A stretch of DNA of 64,000 nucleotides from Bacteroidales bacterium. Its GTDB lineage: Bacteria > Bacteroidota > Bacteroidia > Bacteroidales > UBA932. The notes under the pieces are model-generated. The model ran no database searches. It worked only from the letters and a program-made list of their open reading frames with translations, and had not been told where the DNA came from. Made by a program: the position numbers and the translations under genes. The stretch covers positions 1,385-65,384 of the forward strand of contig JAFZXV010000087.1 of NCBI GenBank assembly GCA_017616595.1, in the 5' to 3' direction. This document shows positions 46,272-56,258 of this stretch, piece by piece; positions within the stretch are counted from its first letter, which is position 1, and each line of letters opens with the position of its first letter.

Positions 46272-48581
46272 CTACTTCTTTTTGTTGTACTTGCGGGCCG
46301 CCGTAGGAGCGCCGCCTGCAATTATCTCCTTGCACTTCTCTTCTGTAAGAAGTTCTGCGTCAATACCTTTGGGGATGCGGTAATTGCGTCCGTCGTGCTT
46401 GATGTAGGGGCCGTAGCGGCCGTTGATCACGCTGATGTCGCTCTGCGGCCACTCGTGGATCGGAGCGGCAACCGCCTCTTTCTTGGCGCTGTCCGACTCT
46501 ATTACCGCTATGCACTCCTCAACGCTGATGTTCAGCGGATCCTTGGTGCGCGGCAGGGAGACGTTGCGATCGCCCCATTTGATGTACGGGCCAAAACGTC
46601 CCTTGGTAGCGACTATGTCAACTCCCTGATACTCACCTACTACGCGCGGCAGGCGGAAGAGCTTGACGGCCTCCTCCAGCGTGAGGTTCTCTATGATCTG
46701 CCCCTTGCTGAGGCTGGCGGACTGATGCGCCGCACCCTCCCCTTTCTGCACGTACGGGCCGTACTGCCCAAGGCGGGCGGTAATCATAAGACCGTCGCTG
46801 GGGTCTATGCCTATCTCGCGGTCTATGTGGCCGAACTGACGGTTGGTCATCGCCTCGTCCACCTTGTGGTGGAACGGGGTGTAGAAGTCTGATATCACCT
46901 TGTTCCAAGACTTTTCTCCGCTGGCAATCTGGTCGAAATCCTTCTCTACGTTGGCAGTGAAGTCGTAGTCCATAATGTCAGAGAAACTACCTGTAAGATA
47001 ATCCGTTACGAGCATTCCCACATCGGTAGGGAGAAGCTTTCCCTTGTCTGCCCCGATGGTCTCTGTCTTGGCGGATTCCGCCACCTTGCCACCCTTGAGG
47101 ACGAGGTTGCGCACCTGCACCTTGCGCCCCTCCTTGTCGCCCTTGACCAGATAGCCGCGGGCCTTGGTGAGCGTGGTGATGGTGGGTGCGTAAGTGGACG
47201 GGCGGCCGATGCCGAGCTCCTCCATCTTCTTGATGAGGGTCTGCTCGGAGTAGCGCAGCGGAGCCTGGGTGTACTTGCACTCTGCGTTGACGGCAGAGGC
47301 GTCCAGCTTCTGGCCCACGGAGAGCACGGGCAGTTCCGTCGTCTCTTCGCGGAGTTCTTCCTCGTCGTCCATACCCTCGCGGTAGAGGCGCATGTAGCCG
47401 TCGAACAGCACCTGCATGGACTGCATTGCGTACGTCTCCGGCCTGCGGTCTATGGATACCTGCACGTTGGTGTTGAGCACCTTGGCCTCCGCCATCTGGG
47501 ACGCCACGGCCCTCTTCCAGATGAGCTGGTAGAGTTTTTTCTCCTGCTGAGTGCCCTCGATGTCTGTGTTGACCACGAAGGTGGGACGGATGGCCTCGTG
47601 TGCCTCCTGCGCCCCCTTGGAGTGGGTGTGATACTGGCGCGGGTGAGACATCTCGGCCCCGAAATTCTTGATTATGAAGTCTTTAGTGGTACCTACGGCC
47701 AGCGCCGACAGGTTGGTGGAGTCTGTACGCATATAGGTTATGAGACCCCTTTCGTAGAGCGATTGGGCCACGCGCATGGTGGTGCTCACGGGCAGGTGGA
47801 GCCTGCGGGCGGCCTCCTGCTGAAGGGTGGAGGTGGTAAACGGCGGCGGCGGCACTTTGACGCCCTCCTTGCTGTCTACCGCGCTCACGGTATAGGTGGC
47901 GCCGATGCAGTCTTCCAGGAACTTGCGGGCCTCTTCCAGCCCGGCAAAGCGCTTGTCCAGCAATCCGTGCACCTTGGTGCCGGCAACATCGAAAACAGCT
48001 TCCACGCGATAGAAGGGCACCGGCTGGAATGCGCCGATTTCCCTCTCCCTGTCCACCACGAGGCGGAGGACCACAGACTGCACGCGGCCGGCCGAAAGGC
48101 CTCTCTGGATCTTGCGCCACAGGATAGGCGACAGCTCGAAGCCCACGAGGCGGTCCAGCACGCGGCGTGCCTGCTGGGCGTTGACGAGGTCCATATCTAT
48201 GGAACGGGGATTCTTGATAGCCTCGAGTATGGCGTCTTTGGTAATCTCGTGGAACACGATGCGGCGGGTGCGGGACGGGGCGAGGCCGAGGGTCTCGCTG
48301 AGGTGCCAGGAGATGGCTTCTCCCTCGCGGTCTTCATCGGAAGCGAGCCAGACTATGGTGGAGGCGTCGGCAAGGCGGCGGAGGTCGCTGACCACCTTTT
48401 TCTTCTCTGCCGGGATTACGTATTCCGGGCGGAAGCCGTCTTTGATGTCTATGCTGAGGCTTTTGTCCTGCAGGTCACGGATGTGGCCGAAACTGGGCTT
48501 TACCACGAATCCTTCTCCAAGGAACTTCTGGATTGTCTTCGCTTTGGGCGGAGACTCGACTATCACTAAATTCTTTTCCAT
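46272..48581 (-). CDS. topA: DNA topoisomerase I
   Basis: LVIVESP, GHIRDL, DEDREGE, SAGRVQS and ITYMRTDS motifs. Confidence 0.97.
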   Translation of the reverse strand: MEKNLVIVESPPKAKTIQKFLGEGFVVKPSFGHIRDLQDKSLSIDIKDGFRPEYVIPAEKKKVVSDLRRLADASTIVWLASDEDREGEAISWHLSETLGLAPSRTRRIVFHEITKDAILEAIKNPRSIDMDLVNAQQARRVLDRLVGFELSPILWRKIQRGLSAGRVQSVVLRLVVDREREIGAFQPVPFYRVEAVFDVAGTKVHGLLDKRFAGLEEARKFLEDCIGATYTVSAVDSKEGVKVPPPPFTTSTLQQEAARRLHLPVSTTMRVAQSLYERGLITYMRTDSTNLSALAVGTTKDFIIKNFGAEMSHPRQYHTHSKGAQEAHEAIRPTFVVNTDIEGTQQEKKLYQLIWKRAVASQMAEAKVLNTNVQVSIDRRPETYAMQSMQVLFDGYMRLYREGMDDEEELREETTELPVLSVGQKLDASAVNAECKYTQAPLRYSEQTLIKKMEELGIGRPSTYAPTITTLTKARGYLVKGDKEGRKVQVRNLVLKGGKVAESAKTETIGADKGKLLPTDVGMLVTDYLTGSFSDIMDYDFTANVEKDFDQIASGEKSWNKVISDFYTPFHHKVDEAMTNRQFGHIDREIGIDPSDGLMITARLGQYGPYVQKGEGAAHQSASLSKGQIIENLTLEEAVKLFRLPRVVGEYQGVDIVATKGRFGPYIKWGDRNVSLPRTKDPLNISVEECIAVIESDSAKKEAVAAPIHEWPQSDISVINGRYGPYIKHDGRNYRIPKGIDAELLTEEKCKEIIAGGAPTAARKYNKKK

Positions 48582-48657
48582 AAATCTTGCGAATTCGGCT
48601 ACAAATTTAAGGCTTTATTCCGAATTTGTTATAATTTTGTGTTTTCAAGCATTGGAA

Positions 48658-51006
48658 ATGACAGATAAAGTTAAAAAGACAATAGTCAAGTGGTTCTGGA
48701 TTTTGCTCGTGGCTCCCTTTGCCGCACTCTTTATCCTGCTGCTGCTTGTGGGCATTTTTGCCAAGATACCTTCCTTTGAAGAACTGGAGCATCCGGACAA
48801 CAAGCTCGCCACCCAGGTGCTGGCCCAGGACGGAGAAGTGCTCACCACTTTCCATATAGAAAACCGCACCTACGTCTCTTACGACGAGCTCTCCCCCAAC
48901 CTCGTGCACGCCGCCGTGGCAACCGAGGACTCCCGCTTCTACAAGCACTCCGGCATAGACATGAAGGGCCTCGCCCGCGTCATATTCAAGACGCTCCTGT
49001 TGCGCGACTCCAGCCAGGGAGGCGGCAGTACCATCACCCAGCAGCTCGCCAAGACGCTGTATCCCCGCCAGGAGAACGCCGGCAAGATTGCCCTCGTCTT
49101 CACCAAATTCAAAGAGTGGATAACCGCCGTAAAGCTGGAGCGGGACTACACCAAGAACGAGATAATCGCGATGTACCTCAACTCCATCTTCTTCGGCAGC
49201 AGCGCATACGGAGTCAAGGCCGCATCGGAGACTTTCTTTGCAAAGGAGCCCGCAGACCTCAACGTACAGGAGAGCGCCATGCTGGTTGGAATGGTCAACA
49301 AGCCCACGCGCTACAACCCCGTCATCAATCCGGAGAACGCCCTCACCCGCCGCAACTTCGTAATCGGGCAGATGGCAAAGGCCGGATACATCACCAAGGC
49401 CGAGAGAGACTCCATCCGCGAGCTTCCCGTGGTGCTGGACTATCATGTGATGGACCACAACGCCGGCCACGCCCCGTACTTCCGCGACATGCTCCGGCGA
49501 GACATGAACGCCCGCAAGCCCAAGCGTGCAGACTATCAGTTCCCGGAAGACTATACGGCAGACTCGCTCCGCTGGGCGAGCGACGCCATCTACGGCTGGC
49601 TCAACAAGAACAAAAAGCCCAACGGAGAGGCCTACAACCTGGATAAGGACGGCCTGCGCATCTACACCACCATAGACTACAAGATGCAGGTGTTTGCAGA
49701 AGAAGCCGTTGCCGAGCACCTCGGGGGCTATCTGCAGGGCGCCTTCAACAAAGAGCTCAAGAGCAAGCGCAACAAGCCGTTTGCCAACGACATAGACAAA
49801 GCCACCGTAGAACGCCTGATGTCCCAGGCCCGCAAATGGAGCGACCGCTACCGCACCCAGCGCAAGGCCGGCGTGCCCGAGTCGGAGATACTCGCCCAGT
49901 TTGACAAACCCACCAGGATGCGCGTCTTTGCCTGGAACAAGAAGGGCTACATAGACACCACCATGACGCCCAACGACTCCATCCGCTACTACAAATCGTT
50001 CCTCCGCTGCGGCTTTGTGGCCGTAGAGGCCGGCACTGGGCGGGTGAAGGCGTACGTAGGCGGGCCCAACTACCGCTACTTCAAGTTCGACAACGTATCC
50101 CAGGCCAAGCGTCAGGTGGGCTCCACCATCAAACCGTTCCTCTACACCCTTGCCATGCAGGAGGGCATGACGCCGTGCGACCGCGTGGTCTGCGCGCCCC
50201 AGACCTTCATCAACTGGGACGGCTCGGAGTGGACGCCCCGCAGTACGGACAAGGAGGAGGTCATCGGCACCACCGTCACTCTCAAATGGGGCCTGGCCAA
50301 CAGTTCCAACAACATATCAGCCTTCCTGATGAAGCAGTTCGGCCCGCAGGCTATGGCGCAGATGATGCACCGTATGGGCATCCACAGCCATCTGGACGAG
50401 GTGTATTCCCTGTGCGTCGGCCCCGCAGACCTGGCGCTGTACGAGATGGTTGCCGCGTACAACACCTTCCCGTCCAAGGGGGTGTATTCATCGCCCATCT
50501 ACGTCACCCGCATAGAAGACAACCAGGGCAACCTCATCACTGAGCACACCAACACCAAGTACGAGGCAATCAGCGCTTCCACCGCCTTCCTTATGGCCAA
50601 CCTCATGCAGGGAGTGGTCAACGGAGGTACCGGCAGCCGCCTGCGCTATGCGTACAACCTCAAGGGAGAGATTGCCGGCAAGACCGGAACCACCAACGAC
50701 TGCTCCGACGGCTGGTTCATAGGCTACACGCCCAAGATTACCGCCGGCGCGTGGATAGGAGGCGAGGACCGCCAGATCCACTTCAACTCGCTGGACGGCT
50801 CGCGTATGGCGCTGCCCATCTGGGGCATCTGGATGAAGAAATGCCTCGCCGCCGGCATCTTCAACGAGAATGACGTCTTTACGGCTCCGGCCAGCGTAGA
50901 CTTCAGCCTGGACTGCAGCTCCACCGGCACCTTCCTGGGCGGCAACGAGGAGCACGACGAACTGGAATCGCAGAATTCAGAAGAAACGGATTACTACTTC
51001 AACTAG
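48658..51006 (+). CDS. Penicillin-binding protein 1A (transglycosylase/transpeptidase)
   Basis: EDSRFYKHSG, GGSTITQQLAK, STIK, SNN and KTGT motifs; start at MTDKVK. Confidence 0.93.
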   Translation: MTDKVKKTIVKWFWILLVAPFAALFILLLLVGIFAKIPSFEELEHPDNKLATQVLAQDGEVLTTFHIENRTYVSYDELSPNLVHAAVATEDSRFYKHSGIDMKGLARVIFKTLLLRDSSQGGGSTITQQLAKTLYPRQENAGKIALVFTKFKEWITAVKLERDYTKNEIIAMYLNSIFFGSSAYGVKAASETFFAKEPADLNVQESAMLVGMVNKPTRYNPVINPENALTRRNFVIGQMAKAGYITKAERDSIRELPVVLDYHVMDHNAGHAPYFRDMLRRDMNARKPKRADYQFPEDYTADSLRWASDAIYGWLNKNKKPNGEAYNLDKDGLRIYTTIDYKMQVFAEEAVAEHLGGYLQGAFNKELKSKRNKPFANDIDKATVERLMSQARKWSDRYRTQRKAGVPESEILAQFDKPTRMRVFAWNKKGYIDTTMTPNDSIRYYKSFLRCGFVAVEAGTGRVKAYVGGPNYRYFKFDNVSQAKRQVGSTIKPFLYTLAMQEGMTPCDRVVCAPQTFINWDGSEWTPRSTDKEEVIGTTVTLKWGLANSSNNISAFLMKQFGPQAMAQMMHRMGIHSHLDEVYSLCVGPADLALYEMVAAYNTFPSKGVYSSPIYVTRIEDNQGNLITEHTNTKYEAISASTAFLMANLMQGVVNGGTGSRLRYAYNLKGEIAGKTGTTNDCSDGWFIGYTPKITAGAWIGGEDRQIHFNSLDGSRMALPIWGIWMKKCLAAGIFNENDVFTAPASVDFSLDCSSTGTFLGGNEEHDELESQNSEETDYYFN

Positions 51007-51009
51007 CAT

Positions 51010-52020
51010 ATGGGCAAATACAATTCTATAGCAGTCATCTACGGCAGCGACTCCTCCGAGTGGGAGGTATCTTGCCGCAGCGGAGAGTTCGTAGCCTCTG
51101 CAATCAGCGACCGCGAATACGACGTGTACGAGATCTTTGCGCGGTTTGGCGTCTGGAAGCTCGTGGCCTTCCGCAAGAAGAACGCGATGAGGGTGACCTT
51201 CCCCGAGGAGGCGCGCCCCGATATAGACAAGAGCGACTTCTCCGTGGGGGTGCTCGGAGAGAGGGTTAAGTTCGACTTTGCCTACATCGTGCAGCACGGC
51301 GCACCGGGAGAGACTGGCCAGATACAGGGCTACCTGGAGATGCTGCACGTGCCGTTCAGCTCCTGCAGCTCGTACGCCAGCATGATCGCTTTCGACAAGT
51401 TTGCGTGCAAGTCCTACGTGCGCAACATGGTCAAATGTGCCCCCGACGCGCTTATACGCAGGGGGGAGGATGTTGACGATTTCTGCAGGATCGCCACTGA
51501 GAAATTGAGCTTCCCCGTGTTCGTAAAGCCCACGCAGGGCGGCTCCAGCTTTGGCGTTACCCGCGTCACAGACCCGGCGGAGCTTGCAGAGGCCATCCAG
51601 TACGCCTTCTCCGAGAACAGTATGGTAATCGTGGAGCAGGGTGTCGTGGGCCGCGAGGTCACCTGCGCCGCATACTGGGACGGAAAGGAAGTCAAGGCCC
51701 TGCCGCCCATAGAGATCGTGTCCGACAACGAATACTTCGACTACGACGCAAAATACAACGGCCACAGTGCGGAAATCTGCCCCGCCCCCATCAGCCCCGC
51801 AGAGACGGAACAGCTGCAGCGCACCACATGCGCCCTGTATTCCTTCATTGGCTGCAAGGGCGTGGTGAGGATGGACTATATACTCGCTCCCGACGGACTT
51901 TACTTCCTGGAAGTCAACACTATACCCGGTATGACAAGCGCCTCTCTCGTGCCCAAGATGGTGCGCGAGGCCGGCATGTCAATAACCGACTTCCTCTCCA
52001 TCATCATAGAGAATTCGTAG
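51010..52020 (+). CDS. ddl: D-alanine--D-alanine ligase
   Basis: SSEWEVS, HGAPGE, FVKP..GGSSFG and EVNTIPGMT motifs. Confidence 0.95.
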   Translation: MGKYNSIAVIYGSDSSEWEVSCRSGEFVASAISDREYDVYEIFARFGVWKLVAFRKKNAMRVTFPEEARPDIDKSDFSVGVLGERVKFDFAYIVQHGAPGETGQIQGYLEMLHVPFSSCSSYASMIAFDKFACKSYVRNMVKCAPDALIRRGEDVDDFCRIATEKLSFPVFVKPTQGGSSFGVTRVTDPAELAEAIQYAFSENSMVIVEQGVVGREVTCAAYWDGKEVKALPPIEIVSDNEYFDYDAKYNGHSAEICPAPISPAETEQLQRTTCALYSFIGCKGVVRMDYILAPDGLYFLEVNTIPGMTSASLVPKMVREAGMSITDFLSIIIENS

Positions 52021-52919
52021 TGCTGCTCGCGCAGTTCATACGCGATGCGGCGCGTCAGCTCGAGGCTCTGTATCCTCCCGGCGAGGCACGGAGCCTCGTG
52101 GCGCGTCTGGTGGAGGAAGTTCAGGGCGTGAAGGATTACGTGGCGGTACTGGAGCCGTCGCTGGAGGCCGCGCCCGAGCTTTCCGAAGGGCTGGCGCGGC
52201 TGCTCGACGGCGAGCCGCTGCAATACGTTACCGGAGTGCAGGAATTCTACGGACGGCGTTTCCGCGTGAGGCCGGGAGTTCTGATTCCCCGGCCGGAGAC
52301 GGAGATTCTGGTGCGCGAGGCCTGCGTGCACGCGCTGCAGCTGCCTGGCGCCAGGGAGCATGGCTCCGGCGCCTTGTCCGGCCCGCGCGTGCTGGACCTC
52401 TGCACCGGCTCCGGCTGCATAGCCTGGAGCGTTGCGCTGGAGGTTCCCGGCGCCCGTGTCGTGGGAGTCGACATCTCCGACGAGGCCCTTGCCGTGGCCC
52501 GTACCCAAAACCCTGCCGCCCCACCGTCATTCCCGGCCCGACCGGGAATCTCCGCCCCTCAATTCATTGAGGCCGATGTTCTCGGCGGGCTCCCGGAGCT
52601 CCCGGACGGCTCCTTCGACATCCTGGTTGCCAATCCGCCGTACATACGGGAGAGCGAGCGGGCGGCGATGCACCGCAACGTGCTGGAGCACGAGCCGGCG
52701 CTGGCGCTCTTTGTGCCGGACGCAGACCCGCTGCTGTTCTACCGCGCAATAGCCGGCCACGCCAGGCGGCTGCTGGCTCCCGGAGGATGGGGGATGGTGG
52801 AGATAAACGAGGCGCTCGGAGCCCAAACCGCCTCCGTATTTGAGTCCGCCGGATTGCAAAATGTGCAGATTTTGCCCGATTTTTTTGGACGGGACCGCTT
52901 CGTAAGCTTTATCCTGTAG
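52020..52919 (+). CDS. prmC: Release-factor glutamine methyltransferase
   Basis: EPLQY, VLIPRPETE, LDLCTGSGCIA and NPPY motifs; GTG start overlaps the ddl stop. Confidence 0.93.
   Translation: MLLAQFIRDAARQLEALYPPGEARSLVARLVEEVQGVKDYVAVLEPSLEAAPELSEGLARLLDGEPLQYVTGVQEFYGRRFRVRPGVLIPRPETEILVREACVHALQLPGAREHGSGALSGPRVLDLCTGSGCIAWSVALEVPGARVVGVDISDEALAVARTQNPAAPPSFPARPGISAPQFIEADVLGGLPELPDGSFDILVANPPYIRESERAAMHRNVLEHEPALALFVPDADPLLFYRAIAGHARRLLAPGGWGMVEINEALGAQTASVFESAGLQNVQILPDFFGRDRFVSFIL
52526..52552 (+). repeat. Family A hairpin, in-frame in prmC
   Basis: gtcattcccggcccgaccgggaatctc, translated as SFPARPGIS. Confidence 0.85.
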
Positions 52920-53010
52920 GCCTGGGAGGCCGTTTTTAAACTTAAGCGTTGCAATTCTTGGAGTAACGGATAATTATCCCTTACTTTGCCACCAAAGAAC
53001 TGTAACGACT

Positions 53011-54396
53011 ATGAAAAAGTATTTCTTTATTCTCATTGCCGGCATCTTTGCCGCCTGTACCCCGGAACAATATTATGTAGAACCCGCAGAGCCGGGGCCG
53101 GAGCCGTTCGAGCTCAGCGCCCGCGGCCTGGCAACAATGTTTGCCTCTCTGCCGATGGGGACGGAACAACTGCGCGAGGTATATCAGGCCGTCGGCCACT
53201 CCAGCAACAACGGTTACGACGAGGAGTATACGCTGGACAGCCTGCTGCTCAAACCCGGCGCCGGAGTGGGCCCCGGCACCAAGGCGCGGCCTTCCGGCAC
53301 GCCGCTGCGGGAAATGGTGCGAGGCTACCTTGAGGAGCACGCTTCCACCCGCTCTGGAATAGACGACCTGATGGAACTGATTGCCGAATCCGGCTACCAG
53401 CTCTACTGGCCGTACTCGGAAGACTGGGACGGAATTTCGTACCCCGTCATCACCTTCGACCCCGGCTACGGCGCCGAATCCAACTATGGGTTCGAACTCT
53501 CCCCCAGCCCCTCCGGCGCCATAATCACAGACACCCTTACCGTAGACGAAGCCCTCGCCCAGCGCCGCCCCGTGTGGGTTATCAACAGCAATTCCGACGC
53601 TGCGTTTACGCCGCTTGAGTTGTTTGCGCCGGGCGATTCTGGCTCCACTGCGCTGAAAGTGTTTTGCAAAACCTCCGCTTCGCTCCGTCCCTCCCACTGC
53701 GCTTCGCTTGTGGGCCCCTCCCGTTCATGTGGCCACGGGCGGCCACAGTTTTGCAAAATACTTCCAGCCTCCGTTCCGCCAGAATCGTCCGATTGTTCCT
53801 GCATTGAAGACAGATACCCGATCAGGTCGGGCATGACGCAAAGTGAGAGCGTGACGAACGAAACGGGCGTGACGCAAGGGAACGTCATTGCCGGCTGTGA
53901 CCGGCAATCTACTACCGCTTCCCGGCCACGGAGGTTGATGCTGAAGAGCTTCAGGATGCTGAGGAATTACGACAGTTGGTTCGGGGGTGCGTCGGAGTTC
54001 TGGATTAAGTGCGGCAGCGTCGAGGGGTTCAGCGCGGCGACGGAGGCGGAGCTGCAGCTGTACAGCCCCAGCATCACGGACTTCATGATTGTTGTAAAGC
54101 GGCGGGATATCAATAAGGAGGTACCTTACGAGGCGATTATGGTGTCCGACTTCTCCACCCAGCTGGACAAGATTGCGTTCCTGGTGGTGGAAGACGACGG
54201 AGGCACCCGCACCGGCTGGAAATGCGAGGCAACCGTAAAGATACAGTCCAAATCGTACGGCGTCTCGCTGGACATTCCCTACAACGAAAAGGACGACATA
54301 GTCTGGCGCGGCCAGCTCTCCGCACGTTTCTTCGAGGAGGAAGATATCGTCACCGGCCGCTTTGGCGACGTAATCTGCAGCTTTGAGCTGGAATGA
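53011..54396 (+). CDS. Hypothetical lipoprotein with a compound in-frame repeat insertion
   Basis: FAAC lipobox; the frame stays open across 53652-53910, which is repeat-derived. Confidence 0.75.
   Translation: MKKYFFILIAGIFAACTPEQYYVEPAEPGPEPFELSARGLATMFASLPMGTEQLREVYQAVGHSSNNGYDEEYTLDSLLLKPGAGVGPGTKARPSGTPLREMVRGYLEEHASTRSGIDDLMELIAESGYQLYWPYSEDWDGISYPVITFDPGYGAESNYGFELSPSPSGAIITDTLTVDEALAQRRPVWVINSNSDAAFTPLELFAPGDSGSTALKVFCKTSASLRPSHCASLVGPSRSCGHGRPQFCKILPASVPPESSDCSCIEDRYPIRSGMTQSESVTNETGVTQGNVIAGCDRQSTTASRPRRLMLKSFRMLRNYDSWFGGASEFWIKCGSVEGFSAATEAELQLYSPSITDFMIVVKRRDINKEVPYEAIMVSDFSTQLDKIAFLVVEDDGGTRTGWKCEATVKIQSKSYGVSLDIPYNEKDDIVWRGQLSARFFEEEDIVTGRFGDVICSFELE
53652..53768 (-). mobile_element. 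Family B element (short subtype, reversed), in-frame
   Basis: 21-bp inverted repeat gctgaaagtgttttgcaaaac with 2 mismatches; 117 bp long. Confidence 0.82.
53812..53910. repeat. Inverted pair of family A hairpins with 18-bp arm repeats between them
   Basis: agatacccgatcaggtcgggcatgac; tgac at 53834, 53852 and 53870; gtcattgccggctgtgaccggcaatct. Confidence 0.82.
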
Positions 54397-54401
54397 CTGC
54401 C

Positions 54402-54437
54402 GCTGCCGGGGCGCCCGATATTGGGCGGGCCGGCAGC
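54402..54437. terminator. GC-rich hairpin between convergent genes
   Basis: gctgccgg..cgccc-gatatt-gggcg..ccggcagc followed by an A tract. Confidence 0.55.
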
Positions 54438-54470
54438 AAAAAAGGCCTGAATCGCCGCCGGGGCGCCCGA

Positions 54471-55151
54471 TTAAGGGCGGGCCAGCAGCAGCCGGGCGAG
54501 CTGGAGGTCTTCCGGCGTGGTAATCTTGATATTGAACTTTTCTCCCGGGGTTGTCGCAATGGCGACCCCGGATTTTTCTGCCACCGAGGCGTCGTCTGTG
54601 AAGGAGGTGCTGTAGGGCTGGCGGTAGGCCTGCTTGAGAACCTCGGAGAGGAACATCTGAGGCGTCTGCACGGCAACGAGTTTGCTGCGGTCCGGGGCCG
54701 GGGCGGAGGGGTCTACAGACCTGAGGGTGTCTGTTACCGGAAGGACCGGAATAAGGGCCTGAGGGCCGCCGGGGGCCGATATCTCATCGAGCATACGGCG
54801 CACGAGGGCCGGGGAGACAAGGGGGCGGACGCCGTCGTGCACGGCAACGATGGCGCCGTCCGGCACCTTGGCGAGGGCCGCGAGCACGGAGTGGAAGCGC
54901 GTCATCCCGCCGGCCACGACGGTCTGGGGGAAGGACGCCGCGTAACGGACGCACAGCTCCTGCCAGGTGGCGATGTGCTGCGACGGCAGCACGGTAACTA
55001 CGTGCGCCTGCGGCTCTGCGTCCAGAAAACGCTCTATGGAGCGCTGCAGCACGGGCACGCCGCCAAGTTCAAGGAACTGCTTGGGGACGTCTCCGCCCAT
55101 GCGTGTGCCGCTGCCTCCGGCCACGAAAACGGCATATACCGGTCTTGTCAT
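54471..55151 (-). CDS. ispD: 2-C-methyl-D-erythritol 4-phosphate cytidylyltransferase
   Basis: AGGSGTRMG..PKQF, VHDGVRP, QTPQ, TDDASV and NIKITTPEDL motifs. Confidence 0.93.
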   Translation of the reverse strand: MTRPVYAVFVAGGSGTRMGGDVPKQFLELGGVPVLQRSIERFLDAEPQAHVVTVLPSQHIATWQELCVRYAASFPQTVVAGGMTRFHSVLAALAKVPDGAIVAVHDGVRPLVSPALVRRMLDEISAPGGPQALIPVLPVTDTLRSVDPSAPAPDRSKLVAVQTPQMFLSEVLKQAYRQPYSTSFTDDASVAEKSGVAIATTPGEKFNIKITTPEDLQLARLLLARP

Positions 55152-55235
55152 AAGCCAAAATATTATTCAAACAAATTTAGCAGATTTTCTGGAATTTTAC
55201 TTAATTTTGTACGGATATACAACACAGTACTATTT

Positions 55236-56258
55236 ATGGCTTTTTCCTTCCTAAACCAAGAGCTCGCCATCGACCTGGGAACGGCCAACACCGTCATCTA
55301 CCAGAACGACCAGATAGTCCTTGACGAGCCCAGCATAGTCGCAATAGACAACAGCACAGGCAAATGCATCGCCATAGGCCAGAAGGCCAAGCTGATGCAC
55401 GAGCGCAACAATCCCGGCATCCGCACCATTCGCCCCCTGAGGGACGGCGTGATCGCAGACTTCAACGCCGCAGAGATGATGATCCGCGGCTTCATCAAAC
55501 AGGTAAACAGCAGGCACCGCAGCCTCTTCACCCCCAACCTCAAGGTCGTGGTGGGCATCCCCTCCGGCTCCACCGAGGTTGAAATCCGCGCCGTCCGCGA
55601 CTCCACCGAGCACGCCGGCGGCCGCGACGTTTTCCTCATCTTCGAGCCTATGGCGGCAGCCCTGGGAATCGGCCTGGAAGTAGAGAGGCCCGTCGGCAAC
55701 ATGGTGGTAGACATAGGCGGCGGCACAACGGAGATTGCGGTTATCTCCCTCGGCGGCCTCGTGTTCCAGGAGAGTATCCGTACCGCAGGCGACGTGTTCA
55801 CATCAGACATCCAGCAGTACCTCCGCCAGCAGCACAACATCAAGGTCGGTGAGATTACGGCAGAGAAGATCAAGATCGCCGTGGGCGCCGTCATTCCGGA
55901 TCTGGAAGACGAGCCCGAGCCCTTCATCGTGCGCGGCCCCAACCTCATGACCGCCCACCCGGTGGAGGCCACCATCACCCATCAGGAGATCGCCCACTGC
56001 CTGGACAAATCCATCGCCAAGATAGAGACATCCATCCTCCACGTGCTTGAGAACACTCCCCCGGAGCTTTACTCAGACATCGTAGAGAACGGCATTTTCC
56101 TGTCCGGCGGCGGCGCCCAGCTGCGCGGCCTCGCCAAGCGCTTTACAGACAAAGTCAACATCCAGTTCCACGTCTGCGACGACCCTCTGCACGCCGTTGC
56201 ACGCGGCACTTGCGCTGCCCTCAAGAACACAGACCACTACTCCTTCCTGATGCGATAA
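55236..56258 (+). CDS. mreB: Rod shape-determining protein MreB
   Basis: AIDLGTANT, RPLRDGVIADF, EPMAAA and DIGGGTTE motifs; start at MAFSF. Confidence 0.97.
   Translation: MAFSFLNQELAIDLGTANTVIYQNDQIVLDEPSIVAIDNSTGKCIAIGQKAKLMHERNNPGIRTIRPLRDGVIADFNAAEMMIRGFIKQVNSRHRSLFTPNLKVVVGIPSGSTEVEIRAVRDSTEHAGGRDVFLIFEPMAAALGIGLEVERPVGNMVVDIGGGTTEIAVISLGGLVFQESIRTAGDVFTSDIQQYLRQQHNIKVGEITAEKIKIAVGAVIPDLEDEPEPFIVRGPNLMTAHPVEATITHQEIAHCLDKSIAKIETSILHVLENTPPELYSDIVENGIFLSGGGAQLRGLAKRFTDKVNIQFHVCDDPLHAVARGTCAALKNTDHYSFLMR

Noticed and set aside
48112-48657. N-terminal extensions given in the ORF track for PBP1a (also MreB from 54393, PrmC from 51828, Nth from 43132)
   Set aside because: They overlap neighbouring genes; downstream starts fit the families and, for PBP1a and MreB, the promoter boxes
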